64,000 bases of DNA, taken from Cladosporium halotolerans (Eukaryota). Every line of letters begins with the position of its first letter. Position 1 is the first letter of the stretch. The stretch is taken from contig NW_027191472.1 of the NCBI RefSeq assembly GCF_011745625.1, positions 310,001-374,000 on the forward strand, given 5' to 3'. This document shows positions 23,301 to 33,420 of this stretch, piece by piece. The position numbers were made by a program, and so were the translations under genes. The notes beneath the pieces were generated by a model. It was not told the origin of the DNA. It saw only the letters and a program-made list of their open reading frames with translations, and did not search any database.

Positions 23301-24719
23301 ATTGTTGTAAGTTACGTTGGTGTCCCAAAAGATCATTTTTCCAATTTTGATGACGGGTGCCTCCCTCGGCGTACCAGGCACCACTGATCTGCGCCTATTA
23401 CTTCGATTGCTGTCCGCGCGGACGCGGGCATCCGGGTCTTGAATTGAGGTGGATCGTGAGATCGCAGGACGAGGAGGCAGTTGAGGCGTTGCTTCGGCGT
23501 CGGATGATGTGGCGCTTGTCTGTGGCTGTGACCTTCTGCTCGCATGGCCTCGAGGAGGGATGGGTTGCCAGCAAAGCAATGCTGCGAACCATGAATCCAG
23601 GTCCGTTTGGTTGAACAGTTTCAGGTGAATATCCGACGACGACTGCGGCGAGCTCACGCTGATGTACGGTGCGTCGCCATCCTCCTCGAGATCTATCTGA
23701 CATCCTCTGAGATCCGGAATCAGAGTCTTGTGGCTGCCTTCACTGCCTCTTGGCTCGAAGAGTAAGCTACCCGTGTCTTCCTTGATGTAACAATACGATT
23801 GCGACCACAGAGAATCCGGCCCACGGCGGAAGAGAAGACTGCCGCTCATCCGACCGTCGAGAGTCTTCATGAGATGCAATATCCGCCGTGCATTGGCCGT
23901 GGGCAAGGATCCGGTGACTGACTCGGCGGTGTTTGTAGACACGGGTGATGCGCTTCGTCTGCTCATCATCTCCGCCGGGGTATGCACGGGCGAGCCAAGC
24001 GAGGATATTGAAGGTGCGGACGGCGGCGAGGTCGCTGCAGGGACGGAAGCCAGATAGTCGGCGCCGCCAGCTTGCAGAGGCAGGCCGGTGGTGTTGACGC
24101 TGGCGATGCGGTGTCGGTGCCTCAGGGACGTCGGCGAACGGTCCCGCGTGCGGCGCTCGTCCAGCGTCCGTGTACGTGGCCGGTTGCTGTTGGAGGCCTC
24201 GCGGCCGCTCTGGATCGTGTGTGCGTGTTCTCCATTGCCCTGGGCGGTGGTGGTGCTGCTGCGGCCCAGCATTCCTCGGCCGTTGGCCGCGCTCGTGCGG
24301 CTGCCGGGGCTCCTGTTGCTCAGGTCCCACTCGCGGTCCCTCCGCAGACGCGTGCTGAGGCTGCTCGTCGGGCTCGTCCGGGTCGCGGCGCGGCCGCCGG
24401 TGATGGTGGTGGTGGTGACGGAGGGGTAGATGGGGTGCTCCAGGCTGGTGGTGCCGCGGCCGGCGTGCTCGGGGTCGCTGTCGTCGGGTGTGACGGTCCT
24501 GATGGTCGCGCTGGCGTGCGCAGGCGCGGCGGTGTCACCCATCCCAAGCGACGCCTGCACATGGGCGTGCTGCACCTGCGCCTGTGCCTGAGCCAGCGCC
24601 AGCGCCTCGTGCTGCGCGGCCTTGTTCGCCTTCTCCTCCGCCAGCCACTCATCGTACAGACTCGGCTCCTTCCTCCGCCGCGGCTCCGTCCAGTGCTGTC
24701 TGCCGCGCCCGCTCGCCAT
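20384..24719 (-). CDS. Ras GTPase-activating protein with PH/C2 domains (Bud2/Cla2-like)
   Basis: ANLLFRGNTLLTK (arginine finger), FLFLRFFCPAVLNPKLFG, RTCTLIAKSLQTLAN and C2 motif NPLWGETFEF. Intron 21532-21583 (GTATGT...CAG) joins the two ORFs. Likely ATG at 24719. Confidence 0.92.
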
Positions 24720-27239
24720 GGCGCCGGGTGTGCGTGTGGTCGGCGAGGGCGAGGGCGAGGGCGGCGCGGTGTTGGTGGTGGTGCTGCTGCTGCTGCTGCT
24801 CTTCAGCCGCCCAGGCTGGCAGCCCAATGGCTCGGGGGCGGTAGTGGCAGGAGAGTGCAGACGACCGGCGCATCGCGCAGCGCTCCCAAAACCGCAGGCC
24901 GCTTCTTGACGCACGCCGGGCCCGCCGAATGCCTGCCGCAGGGCCTGCCCAAGGTGCCGATGCCAGTGCTACAGTGCAGGTGGTCCCGCGCGCACGGAAA
25001 CAAACGCCCGCCCGATCGCACGTGTCCTCCGTCCAGAATGCAGCCAGAAGCGCGGCGCACGCAACAGCCTCCAAAGTCTAAGCGACGGCAATAGGGTGGC
25101 ACTGGTGGGAACGAGGCCTGCAGCAGAGCAGACGGCTGAGGGGAGCAAAAGGCGTAGCACCGCAGCCGTGCGGTGAATGTGGGGAGCAGCGCGTTCGAGC
25201 GATCCGCCGCTGCTGACAGGCGAGTAAGGCGGCTTAGGGTACAGCACGCGAGGGGGGGCGGGAGGGAGGGGAACAACAGGCGACGAGGCAGCTGAGGGCT
25301 GACTGACGGTGCAATAGATATCTCAGACGGCGCACAATCGCGCTCTCGTGCTGCTGTTTCGCATGCGAGCGTCCGCATTGCAGGCAAAGACCGCAGCCCG
25401 GCATGCCCCAGCAGCCCTTCCATCTTCGAGGACAGCTTTGGGCCTCCCGGCAGCCATCCACGCTATCCTGGACCTTCACGCACGTCTGGCCAGTCCGGCA
25501 TGCCCTCACGCCTCTCGGACCCGCTCAAACGGCGCACCGCTTTCTCCTAGCCTGGCAGCCCGACCCTTCGACGAGTATTCTCTGCGCCCGCCCACGCGCT
25601 TTCCGGCAAAATCCCCGTCTCCATCCTGCGGGCCTGCTGTTTTGCCACATCTGCAGCCAGCCGACACACGACCTCCGTCCGAGCCATCGCCGCGCCTATA
25701 CAGCTAGCTACGTGGGGGCGAGCGACGGTGCGTGCGGCCGGGCCAGCCGGTGCGCAAGACGCCTGCTCGCCGGAAGGATGGGCGCTACCGAGGTCGCTTA
25801 GGCTCTGCTGCCACGGCCGGCCACGCTCGCCTTGTCGATGACTTGCGCAGGGCGAACCGCTGTTTGGGCGGAGCTACGAAAGGTAGAGTTTGCGGACCCT
25901 GGCCAACGCATGTGGTTTCAGCATTTCTTTGCGTGTTTCAGCTGGGAGAAAATGTTGCCCCGGTCTTTCTGCTAAGACCGTCAGGGTGCGTGACGGGCAC
26001 GAATGTGCCGTGCGTGGGATGAAGATGCCCTGTCCCCGGAAAATGGTAGATTGCCATGCGTCCTCTCAAATCTAAAATGGCGGCACTCGCTGGTCAGCTG
26101 CAGCCTGTAGTAGGCTTTGGCTTCGGGCCCCGGCGGAGAGAGCCGCCCGACCTCACCTCGTAAATCTCAAACTGAGGTAGTCCCTTTGCAACGTATTTGA
26201 TCTGAGCGACGGCTTTGGAGAATCGTAGGTTGTTTTCGATATATTACTGTAAGCTTTTCTTCACATCTGGATGAATGCGCGGGCCTCAAGCACGACCGCC
26301 GTTGCTGTACTGTACTTCACGTTTGTGTCGTGTCACTGCCTCCCCAACGCTTCTAGACCACGTTTGTCCTACCATACGCCTCTTTACTTACTCAAAGCGA
26401 GACAGATGAGTCTCGAACATTGCTCACTATCAAGATCAGTCTAAAGACCGCAATCGCCCGTGAAGCAAGTGCCAAAAGGAAGCTCGCGACTGTGGGACAT
26501 TCATCGACCTCGCATGTCCCGCCCTGTGGCGATCGTATGCTCTCAAGAAAGCCAGAGATGTGCCGAAATGCCGTTTTGCCTCTCGGGTTCTACAAGCTGT
26601 GCATCTCCCTCAAGGGCCAAGACGGACGCGCTGCCGGTTGGAGTGTTGTCATCAGCACCTCCTTACCAGTGCCTGAGCCCATGGGAAAGCTTATGGCGGG
26701 ACCATTTCAGTCTTAGCGATGAGTCTCTTTGTTCCAAGGGTAGGGAATTGCTGTGGCTCTTACATACGTTGCACTAATGGCCCTGGGGGGCAATCATCAC
26801 CGTGCGCACGGATATCTGTCCATTAATGCACCCACGAGGTGTGATCAGCCCGTGGATTTTCTGGTGGCCATCCTCATCCTTGGAAAGAGACTTTCGACTC
26901 AACGGCTGTCGTCTTTTTGCATTGTTCTCTTTGTCTCAGGAGATGAACCATGGCGTTTGGTCCGCCTGTGGTGCTGACCTTGGTGAGAGGTTAAAGTTGA
27001 GTGCCACTTTTGGAGAATTGACAGGATTATCTATTAGCGTAGGGCGTGCTCCCATTATTGCCGACTAGGCAAAACACCATTGCTCCTTTGAGCAGAAGTA
27101 TTCGGGGCACGATGGAATCCCTTTCCGGCGTCGAGTTCTTTGTCTTCCCGGAAGATGCACTGGGCGCTTCTTTGATGCACGACGCAGGACCTGCGGAGCA
27201 AGTTCCCTCATATCGACACGATCTGTTCAATCTGTTTAC

Positions 27240-30200
27240 AGTACTGGAGCTATTGACTGATTTTCCGACCCCATTTCGGCCTTGCCGAAAGATTGAAGAG
27301 AGCTAAGCAGACGTCTTCACTCGTGCGGCGTGCCATCACGAATCCCGGGGCATCTTTTCGTCCGCGCTATCAAGGCTACTCAAGGAATCGCGCAGGCACA
27401 TTCGCTCGCAGTACCGCAGTTCCTAATCGTCGACGGGATACAAGGCGCCATCTTCACACCCGATGTCATAGACCAGTAACAAGGAGCTGTGGAAGTTCTC
27501 CGTCACGTACCTCTAGAGCATTGCGGGTCACACGGTGGGCCTCTGCCTCTGTCAACGCTTCCTCCGCTACCCGTCGTCCTCGCCTTGGAGCTTGTACCTG
27601 ACTTGCTAGAAGCTTACCAGCTCGACCCTTGCCATCGAGAGGAACAATCGGGGTTCTTCATTCACACGCCCGCGCGCTCTTGACTTGTGAGTGTGTCTCC
27701 TACGACACCTTGGTCAAGATCACTTGCAGCACCACGCGCTACCAACTCTCCGACCGTGTCTTCCCTTCCAGAGCTGTTGTCCGTCTTGTCAGTCCCACAG
27801 TGGTCTGTTCAGGTCATTGAGAAGAAACAAGGAGCCGCGACCCGCTCTGCTGATACAAGATCTTACGGCTTTGGAGGTGCTGCATATCTCATCGTTTATT
27901 GTCAAGCCATCTTGCGCCGTCGAGAGCAATAATCGAAAGGTTCAACTCAGCTAGCACGCGTCCCAGGATTACTCAGCAACTGTCAAGCCATCGAGCCGCT
28001 ACCTTGCGCACCGTTCTCATCATCACTTCAGAGCCTGTCTGAGCACTTGAAGAAAGAAGCAAGTACGTCGGTGGACATTGGCACATACACAGATCAACGA
28101 AGCATCCATCAGTCATTGGAGCCGCTACCTGACTTGCCTTTCTCGACCAGAATCTTCCGACCATTGAAAGAGTTTGAAGCCTATTGCCGCTGCTGCAGTC
28201 ACATACCTTGGATCCAGTGACGACTACTGTGTCATTTTGGCTGCTACCTGCTTCACCGCACTCACATCTCGCCAACACGGGCCATCGAGAGCTCTCCATC
28301 ACGATCGATAGCCTCGAGTCTCAAGCCATAGATACAGATCGTCTCGGAAAGATCAGAGCTGCTATCAATCGCTTCGTTTTCTTCACGAACCTTTGGGCCA
28401 TTGCGGGATTCGAACGCGACCACCAATTCGAATCACAAGCTCGCGATCTACTCAGCATTCCCCTACCATTGGAGCTGCTGCCCGCCTCGCGGATTTCATC
28501 CCAGAGCTCCGGACCACCTAGGATAATCATTGATCCCCACTGTCATAGATCTCAGGCTTGAGTGTCTCTGAGTCCTTGGAGCTACAACTAGGCCATTCTT
28601 ACCCGGAGAACTTCAACCAGAGGATCATTGGAACAACAGTAGCTCGTGCTACCACTCACCGTCGGTATTCGGTCATTGAGCGTCATCATCACTTTACGCT
28701 GGACTTATCATCACTCTACGCTGTCACCTATCCCAGGACTATCAAGCATCTCCGAGTGTTTGGAGCTACTGCTAGCGTTACTACTCACCCGGAGATCTCG
28801 ACCAAACAATCATTCGGACATTAGCAGCTTGCGCTGTCACGTACCTAGGATTGAGCAGGCATCTCCATATCCTTGAGGCTCCTTTGCTATCAGTCTCCTA
28901 GGATCGCGAACCGCTGAGAAGAATGGTGGGGACACTATCATTTGACGGTGGTAACCTCGTTACTTTACGCTGGGACATCATTGGTTCGCGCTGTCGCGTT
29001 TCCCAGAGTTGTTGAGTACACTGCGTCCTTGCAGCTACTGCTACCTAGGGTTACCGAATATACCGGGAGCTCTCGAACCATTGAGAAGAGTCACTGGTAC
29101 AGTGGTTCGGGCTATCATATCTCCCAGACCAATCGACTACTTCCCGCGTCCTTGGAACTATTACTACCTAGGGTTACCAAACATACCGAGACCCCTGGCA
29201 CCATCGAGAAGAGTCGCTGGAACAGTGAATCGCGCCATCATATCTTCCAAACCAATCGATCATTTCCCGCGCCCTTAGAGCTACTGCCAGCGTCAACATC
29301 CTCACCGAGGGGGACCCGAACTATTGAGAAGACTCGCTGGGGTATCAGTTCGCGCTATCACATGCCCAGGGTTGAGTGGGCATCTCGCTCTTACTAAGAG
29401 AGCCTCGAAACATTGAGAAGACTCACTGGGATATAAGTCCGCGCGATCAAAGTCCTATGATCTTGTGGACATCTCCGCGTCTTTGGAGATACTACCAGAG
29501 TTCCCGCTCTCACTGAGGAAGCCTCGGAGTGCTGAGAAGACGATAAGCCCGCGCGATCACATACCTGGGGTCTCGTGGACATTTTCACGTCCTTGGAGCG
29601 ACTGCCAAAGTTCTCGCTCTATTGAGAAGACTCCCTGGGATATCAGTTCACGCCATCACATACGTAGGGTTTAGTGGATATTCCCGTATCCCTCAAGCTA
29701 CTACCGACGCTGCTGTTCCAATCCGAGGGCGCTCGAACCATTAGGAAGACCCGGTGACATATCAGTTTGGACTGTCATATTCCCAGAACTTTTTAGGCCT
29801 CTCTATATCCTTGAAGCTACCGACGTTGCCATTACTATCCGAAGGGGCTCGAACCATTAAGGAGACTCGGTGAAAGATCAGCCTGGGCTGTTACATACCT
29901 AGATTTTTACAGGCCTCTCTATATCCTTGGAGCTACTAACCCTGTCATTCCTATCCGAGGGCGCTCGAACCATTGAGAAGACTCGGTGAAAGATCATTTC
30001 GGACTGTCATATTCCCAGACTTTTGTAGGCCTCTCTATATCCTCGAAGCTACCGACGTTACTGTTACTATCCGAAAGGGCTCGAACTATTGAGAAGACTC
30101 GGGAAAATATCAGTTCGAGCTGTTGTGCCTGGAGGTTTCTAGTCCTTTCTATATCCTTGGAGCTACTACCGACGTTGCCGTGTTACTATCTGAGGGGGCT

Positions 30201-31355
30201 CGAACGATTGAGAAGACTCAGTTGGGGAGTCTGGGATGTGAGGCTGACTGGGTTGTAGTATGTTCTGCGCCGATTGAGAGGCGTTTTCGATCAGTACCTT
30301 CGGGGCCGATGAGCTTTCTCAAGGGATTGGGTGCGGTTGAGATTTGAATAGTGATCGATTGGCTAACTCGTTTTGCCCAGACGATCGTCAGCCGCGAGGT
30401 CGACCCGTCAGTCGAGCCTTCTCCCCATCCGATATCGGAATATCAGTTCAGACTGTTCTATATGTCCGTCTTCCATAGGTCTCTCTACATCCTTGGAGCT
30501 ACTACCGACGTTACCGTTCTCACTAGGGATTCTGCGACTATTGAGAGACCCTTAAGAAGAATCGCTGGAATATCCATTCGCACTGTCATATGCCTAGGCT
30601 TTAGTAGGCATTTCTGTATCCTTGGAGCTACTACCGACGTTGTCGTTCTCACTCGGGGGTCTATAACCATTGAGAGACTATTGAGAAGACTCTGGGAAAT
30701 ATCAGTCCGAACTGTCATATGCCAAGAGGTCTATAGGCCTCTCTCTATTCTTGGAGCTATCACCGACGTTACCGTTCTCACTCGGGGGTCTATAACCATT
30801 GAGAGACTATTGAGAAGACTCTGGGAAATATCAGTCCGAACTGTCATATGCCAAGAGGTCTATAGGCCTCTCTCTATCCTTGGAGCTATCACCGACGTTG
30901 CCGTTCTCACTCGGGGGTCTATTACCATTGAGAGACTATTAAGAGGGCTCGCTGAGATATTAATTCGCACTGTCACATGCCTAGGGTGTAGTAGGCATCT
31001 CCATATCCTTGGAGCTACTACCGACGTTGCCATTCTTACCGGGGGTTCTAGGGCCACTAAGAGACGGCTGAGTGGATTATCACTCTCCACTGTCACATGT
31101 CCCTAGAATAATCGATCCCCGCGTCACCTTGGAGCTGCTACCGACGTTGCCATTCTCACCGGGGGGTCTGGGACCACTGAGAGACCACTGAGAAGAACCG
31201 CTGCGGACCACCACTTTACGCCGTCACATGCTCTAGGAAAATCGAGTATCCCCACGTTCTTGGAGCTGCTACCAGCGCTGGTATTCTCACCAGGGGGTCT
31301 GGGACCACTGAGAGGAATCGCTGCGACATCATCAGTTCGCACAATCACATGCTCG
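27240..31355 (+). repeat. Head-to-tail tandem array of ~115-130 bp units (21 clear units from 28469, more degenerate copies to the left)
   Basis: Recurring core CCTTGGAGCTACTACCGACGTT...ACCATTGAGAAGACTC...ATATCAGTTCG..CTGTCACAT. Anchors at about 28469, 28576, 28760, 28873, 29029, 29152, 29275, 29483, 29593, 29693, 29811, 29927, 30043, 30157, 30493, 30622, 30751, 30880, 31009, 31129 and 31260, with degenerate matches near 27245, 27585, 27870 and 28115. Left edge is approximate. Confidence 0.93.
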
Positions 31356-31410
31356 ATCGCTCCTTCCTTGTGACCACGCACCTTCCCACAACGGGACCGG
31401 GAGCTCCCAC

Positions 31411-31546
31411 GCGTAGCGCGCGCGCGCACATATAAATATTTTTCTCCCGCCGCGTCCTCCCAAAAATTTTCCTTCCCACGACCACACCGCTGCACCACCA
31501 CCAGCACCACCACCACACCACACCACACCACAACAACACCGACACA
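31411..31546 (+). promoter_or_regulatory. Core promoter and 5' leader of the coiled-coil gene
   Basis: (GC)n run at 31416-31427, TATAAATA at 31431-31438, pyrimidine-rich tract, then a (CAC)n/(CAA)n leader ending ACACA-ATG at 31547. Confidence 0.7.
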
Positions 31547-32980
31547 ATGACGAAGAGCCTGTCCAACCGCGACAGAAAGAACAGGCAGAAGGAGAAGAAG
31601 CGCAATGCGCTGGAGAGAGAGAGACAGGAGGCGGATGCGCAACTAGCGCAGGAGTGGTATGAAGAGGAGGACCCCGCAGGCGGGCGCCAGCCCACCCCGC
31701 CCAGCGACGCCGAGGGCACGGAGACCGGGGCGCTAGACCCCGGCTCCTCCTCCACAACACCAAGCGCCGCCACCACCGCCGCCGCCGCCGCGACAGAAGA
31801 TACCGGCAACATGCAGCCAGAGACGCCCGCCGAGGGCGCAAACATCGAGGAGGCCGACGCCGCCAGCAAACTCCGCTACCTCACGGAGAGATACGAGGAG
31901 GAGAAGGCCCAATGGTACGAGGACCTGCGCAACCTCCAAGAAAAACTAGCGGACGCACAAGAGGAAGTGCGCCTGGCCGACGAGGAACGCGACCGCACCA
32001 AGGAGATTTGTTTCGAGCTCCGCGACGAGGTACTTTCGGCCCTTGACCAGATTTCAGCAAAGGAAGCTGAAGTTCACAAGCTCGAGGACGTGGTCGATCA
32101 GGAGAAACACAATGTCATCGCCGCACAACGAGAGATCAACAGGCTGAAGGCAGAGAGGGACTCCTCCATCAAGGCTGCCGAAGACAGCAACTCCGAGCTC
32201 ACCGACGCAATCAATCGCAGGAATGCCGCCGAGAGCCACAACGACAGCTACCGAGTCAACGTCGAAGGGCTCCAAAACGAGGTCGCGCACCTCACCTGCG
32301 CGTACAGGGAGTCGGAGGAGGACCTGCGCGAGGTCCACGCTGCAATGGACAGGGCCTTTGTCGGGATGGCATCGGACCTGTCCCGTTCCCAGCAGCTGGA
32401 CCTCCTCCGAGAGCAGCACGATGCTGCGGTCCAGGCTCTCGCCGTTTCCGGCTCGTCGGCGGAAGACGAGTCGGAGGACAACTCGGAGGCAGAGGGTGGG
32501 CACAAGGCGCAACGTCCAGCGCCGCTCACCCTCTCCGCGCTCTCCGTCGTGGAGACTGCCCCCGTCACTACGGGCAGAGGTGTCTCCTCCACCGGCACGC
32601 AGACCGCCGGTGCTGTCGTCGCGGCCGTCGTCGCCGCCCCCCCTTCTCTGGTGTCCTGTGGTGTGCAGACCACTGCGCCACCCACAAAATCCGCCGGCAC
32701 GCAGACGGCCCCACTTGCTGGCGAGCAAGTGGCAGTGCCCGTCGCGGTCACGCCGCGCTGGATGTGGGTGGTCTTCCTGGCCATCGCCGCCGCTTGCCTC
32801 GCCGCCTTTGCCGCTCTCTCGCGGGAGCGGCAACTCTGGGTCGTTGCCAACGACCTGACCTACCTCCGGTTCGCAGGGACCGAGACGGAAGGTTGGGTCG
32901 ATTGGTTCGGCCTGGGGTTGGCTGTCCTGGCAGTTGGCACGGCCGGGAGCAGTGGTCTGGGCTCTGGCTTGCTCGGCTAG
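31547..32980 (+). CDS. Intronless coiled-coil protein with TQT motifs and C-terminal membrane anchor, function unknown (477 aa)
   Basis: Strong GC3 codon bias. Basic N-terminus (RDRKNRQKEKKR), ~190 aa heptad-rich region, STGTQT / SCGVQT / SAGTQT motifs, TM WMWVVFLAIAAACLAAFAAL, then ERQLWVVANDLT and a second hydrophobic tail. Confidence 0.85.
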   Translation: MTKSLSNRDRKNRQKEKKRNALERERQEADAQLAQEWYEEEDPAGGRQPTPPSDAEGTETGALDPGSSSTTPSAATTAAAAATEDTGNMQPETPAEGANIEEADAASKLRYLTERYEEEKAQWYEDLRNLQEKLADAQEEVRLADEERDRTKEICFELRDEVLSALDQISAKEAEVHKLEDVVDQEKHNVIAAQREINRLKAERDSSIKAAEDSNSELTDAINRRNAAESHNDSYRVNVEGLQNEVAHLTCAYRESEEDLREVHAAMDRAFVGMASDLSRSQQLDLLREQHDAAVQALAVSGSSAEDESEDNSEAEGGHKAQRPAPLTLSALSVVETAPVTTGRGVSSTGTQTAGAVVAAVVAAPPSLVSCGVQTTAPPTKSAGTQTAPLAGEQVAVPVAVTPRWMWVVFLAIAAACLAAFAALSRERQLWVVANDLTYLRFAGTETEGWVDWFGLGLAVLAVGTAGSSGLGSGLLG

Positions 32981-33127
32981 CGTGTTGTCGAGGTAGCTCC
33001 TGGACAGTGATCGCGGTGACACCGGCGTTCGCGCTGGTATCCGCTGAAGATCCTGCCAGGGCCCGAGTAGGGACGATACCCAGGGCGCGTCAATGCCCTC
33101 GGTGTTCCCGAAACGGACCTCACACGC
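32980..33127 (+). ncRNA. Structured RNA element, copy 1 (three-way junction, UUCG-capped arm, loop-E arm)
   Basis: P1 GAGGT(32990-94)/ACCTC(33117-21), extended by CGTGT/ACACG. Arm A CCTGG/CCAGG...ACCGGCG-TTCG-CGCTGGT. Arm B CCG-AGTA-GGGA...TCCC-GAAA-CGG. Confidence 0.65.
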
Positions 33128-33158
33128 CGCCTTGCAGCACCACAGGCAAGACCGGAGG

Positions 33159-33327
33159 AGGGGACTTATCTGGGGCAGCTCCTGGACGGTGGAGTAGCGG
33201 TGATGCCGGCGTTCGCGCTGGTTGCCGTGAAACTCCCGACAGGGCCTTAGTAGGATGAGACCGTGAAGGCCTTCGGGCCTTCGGTAGTCCGAACGGGGCC
33301 CCATTTCTTTTTTGTTGAGATACCCCT
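33159..33327 (+). ncRNA. Structured RNA element, copy 2, with a T-rich tract at its 3' side
   Basis: P1 TGGGGC(33171-76)/GCCCCA(33298-303). Arm A CCTG/CAGG...GCCGGCG-TTCG-CGCTGGT. Arm B CCT-TAGTA-GGAT...GAAGGCC-TTCG-GGCCTTC...GTCC-GAAC-GGG. TTTCTTTTTT at 33304-33313. Confidence 0.68.
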
Positions 33328-33412
33328 GGGTCTGGGTTTGGTTTGGGTTTGGGTTTGGGTTGGCGTTCTGGGTTTTGCTTGGGTTTTGGTTTTGCTTGGG
33401 CTGTTTGGTTTT
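33328..33412 (+). repeat. GT-rich telomere-variant tract ((TTTGGG)n-like) with G-quadruplex potential
   Basis: GGGTCTGGGTTTGGTTTGGGTTTGGGTTTGGGTTGG...GGGTTTTGCTTGGGTTTTGGTTTTGCTTGGG, with essentially no A over about 85 nt. Confidence 0.8.
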
Positions 33413-33420
33413 TATAGTGA

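Noticed and set aside
26075..26185. Several small hairpins as a possible left end of the candidate element
   Set aside because: Stems are only 5-6 bp in GC-rich sequence, with no matching TIR or TSD at the right end. This may simply be RasGAP upstream DNA.
30351..31106. 251-aa ORF with 43-aa repeats (and 28942-29397 with 41-aa repeats)
   Set aside because: By-product of repeat periods divisible by 3. Starts are non-ATG, the two ORFs read the same unit in different frames, and neighbouring units have non-triplet lengths and stops.
27240..31355. CRISPR array interpretation
   Set aside because: Eukaryotic context, whole units are homologous with no unique spacers, and no cas genes are present.
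32054..33304. 416-aa antisense ORF over the coiled-coil gene
   Set aside because: Shadow of a GC3-rich sense ORF with no recognisable motifs. The same applies to other long antisense ORFs such as 38030-39268 and 24072-25094.
32980..33327. Hammerhead, HDV or twister ribozyme, or a true 5S/tRNA gene, as the identity of the structured RNA
   Set aside because: No CUGANGA core, no HDV or twister pseudoknot pattern that I could find, and no 5S loop C or cloverleaf sequence. Kept as an unknown RNA.
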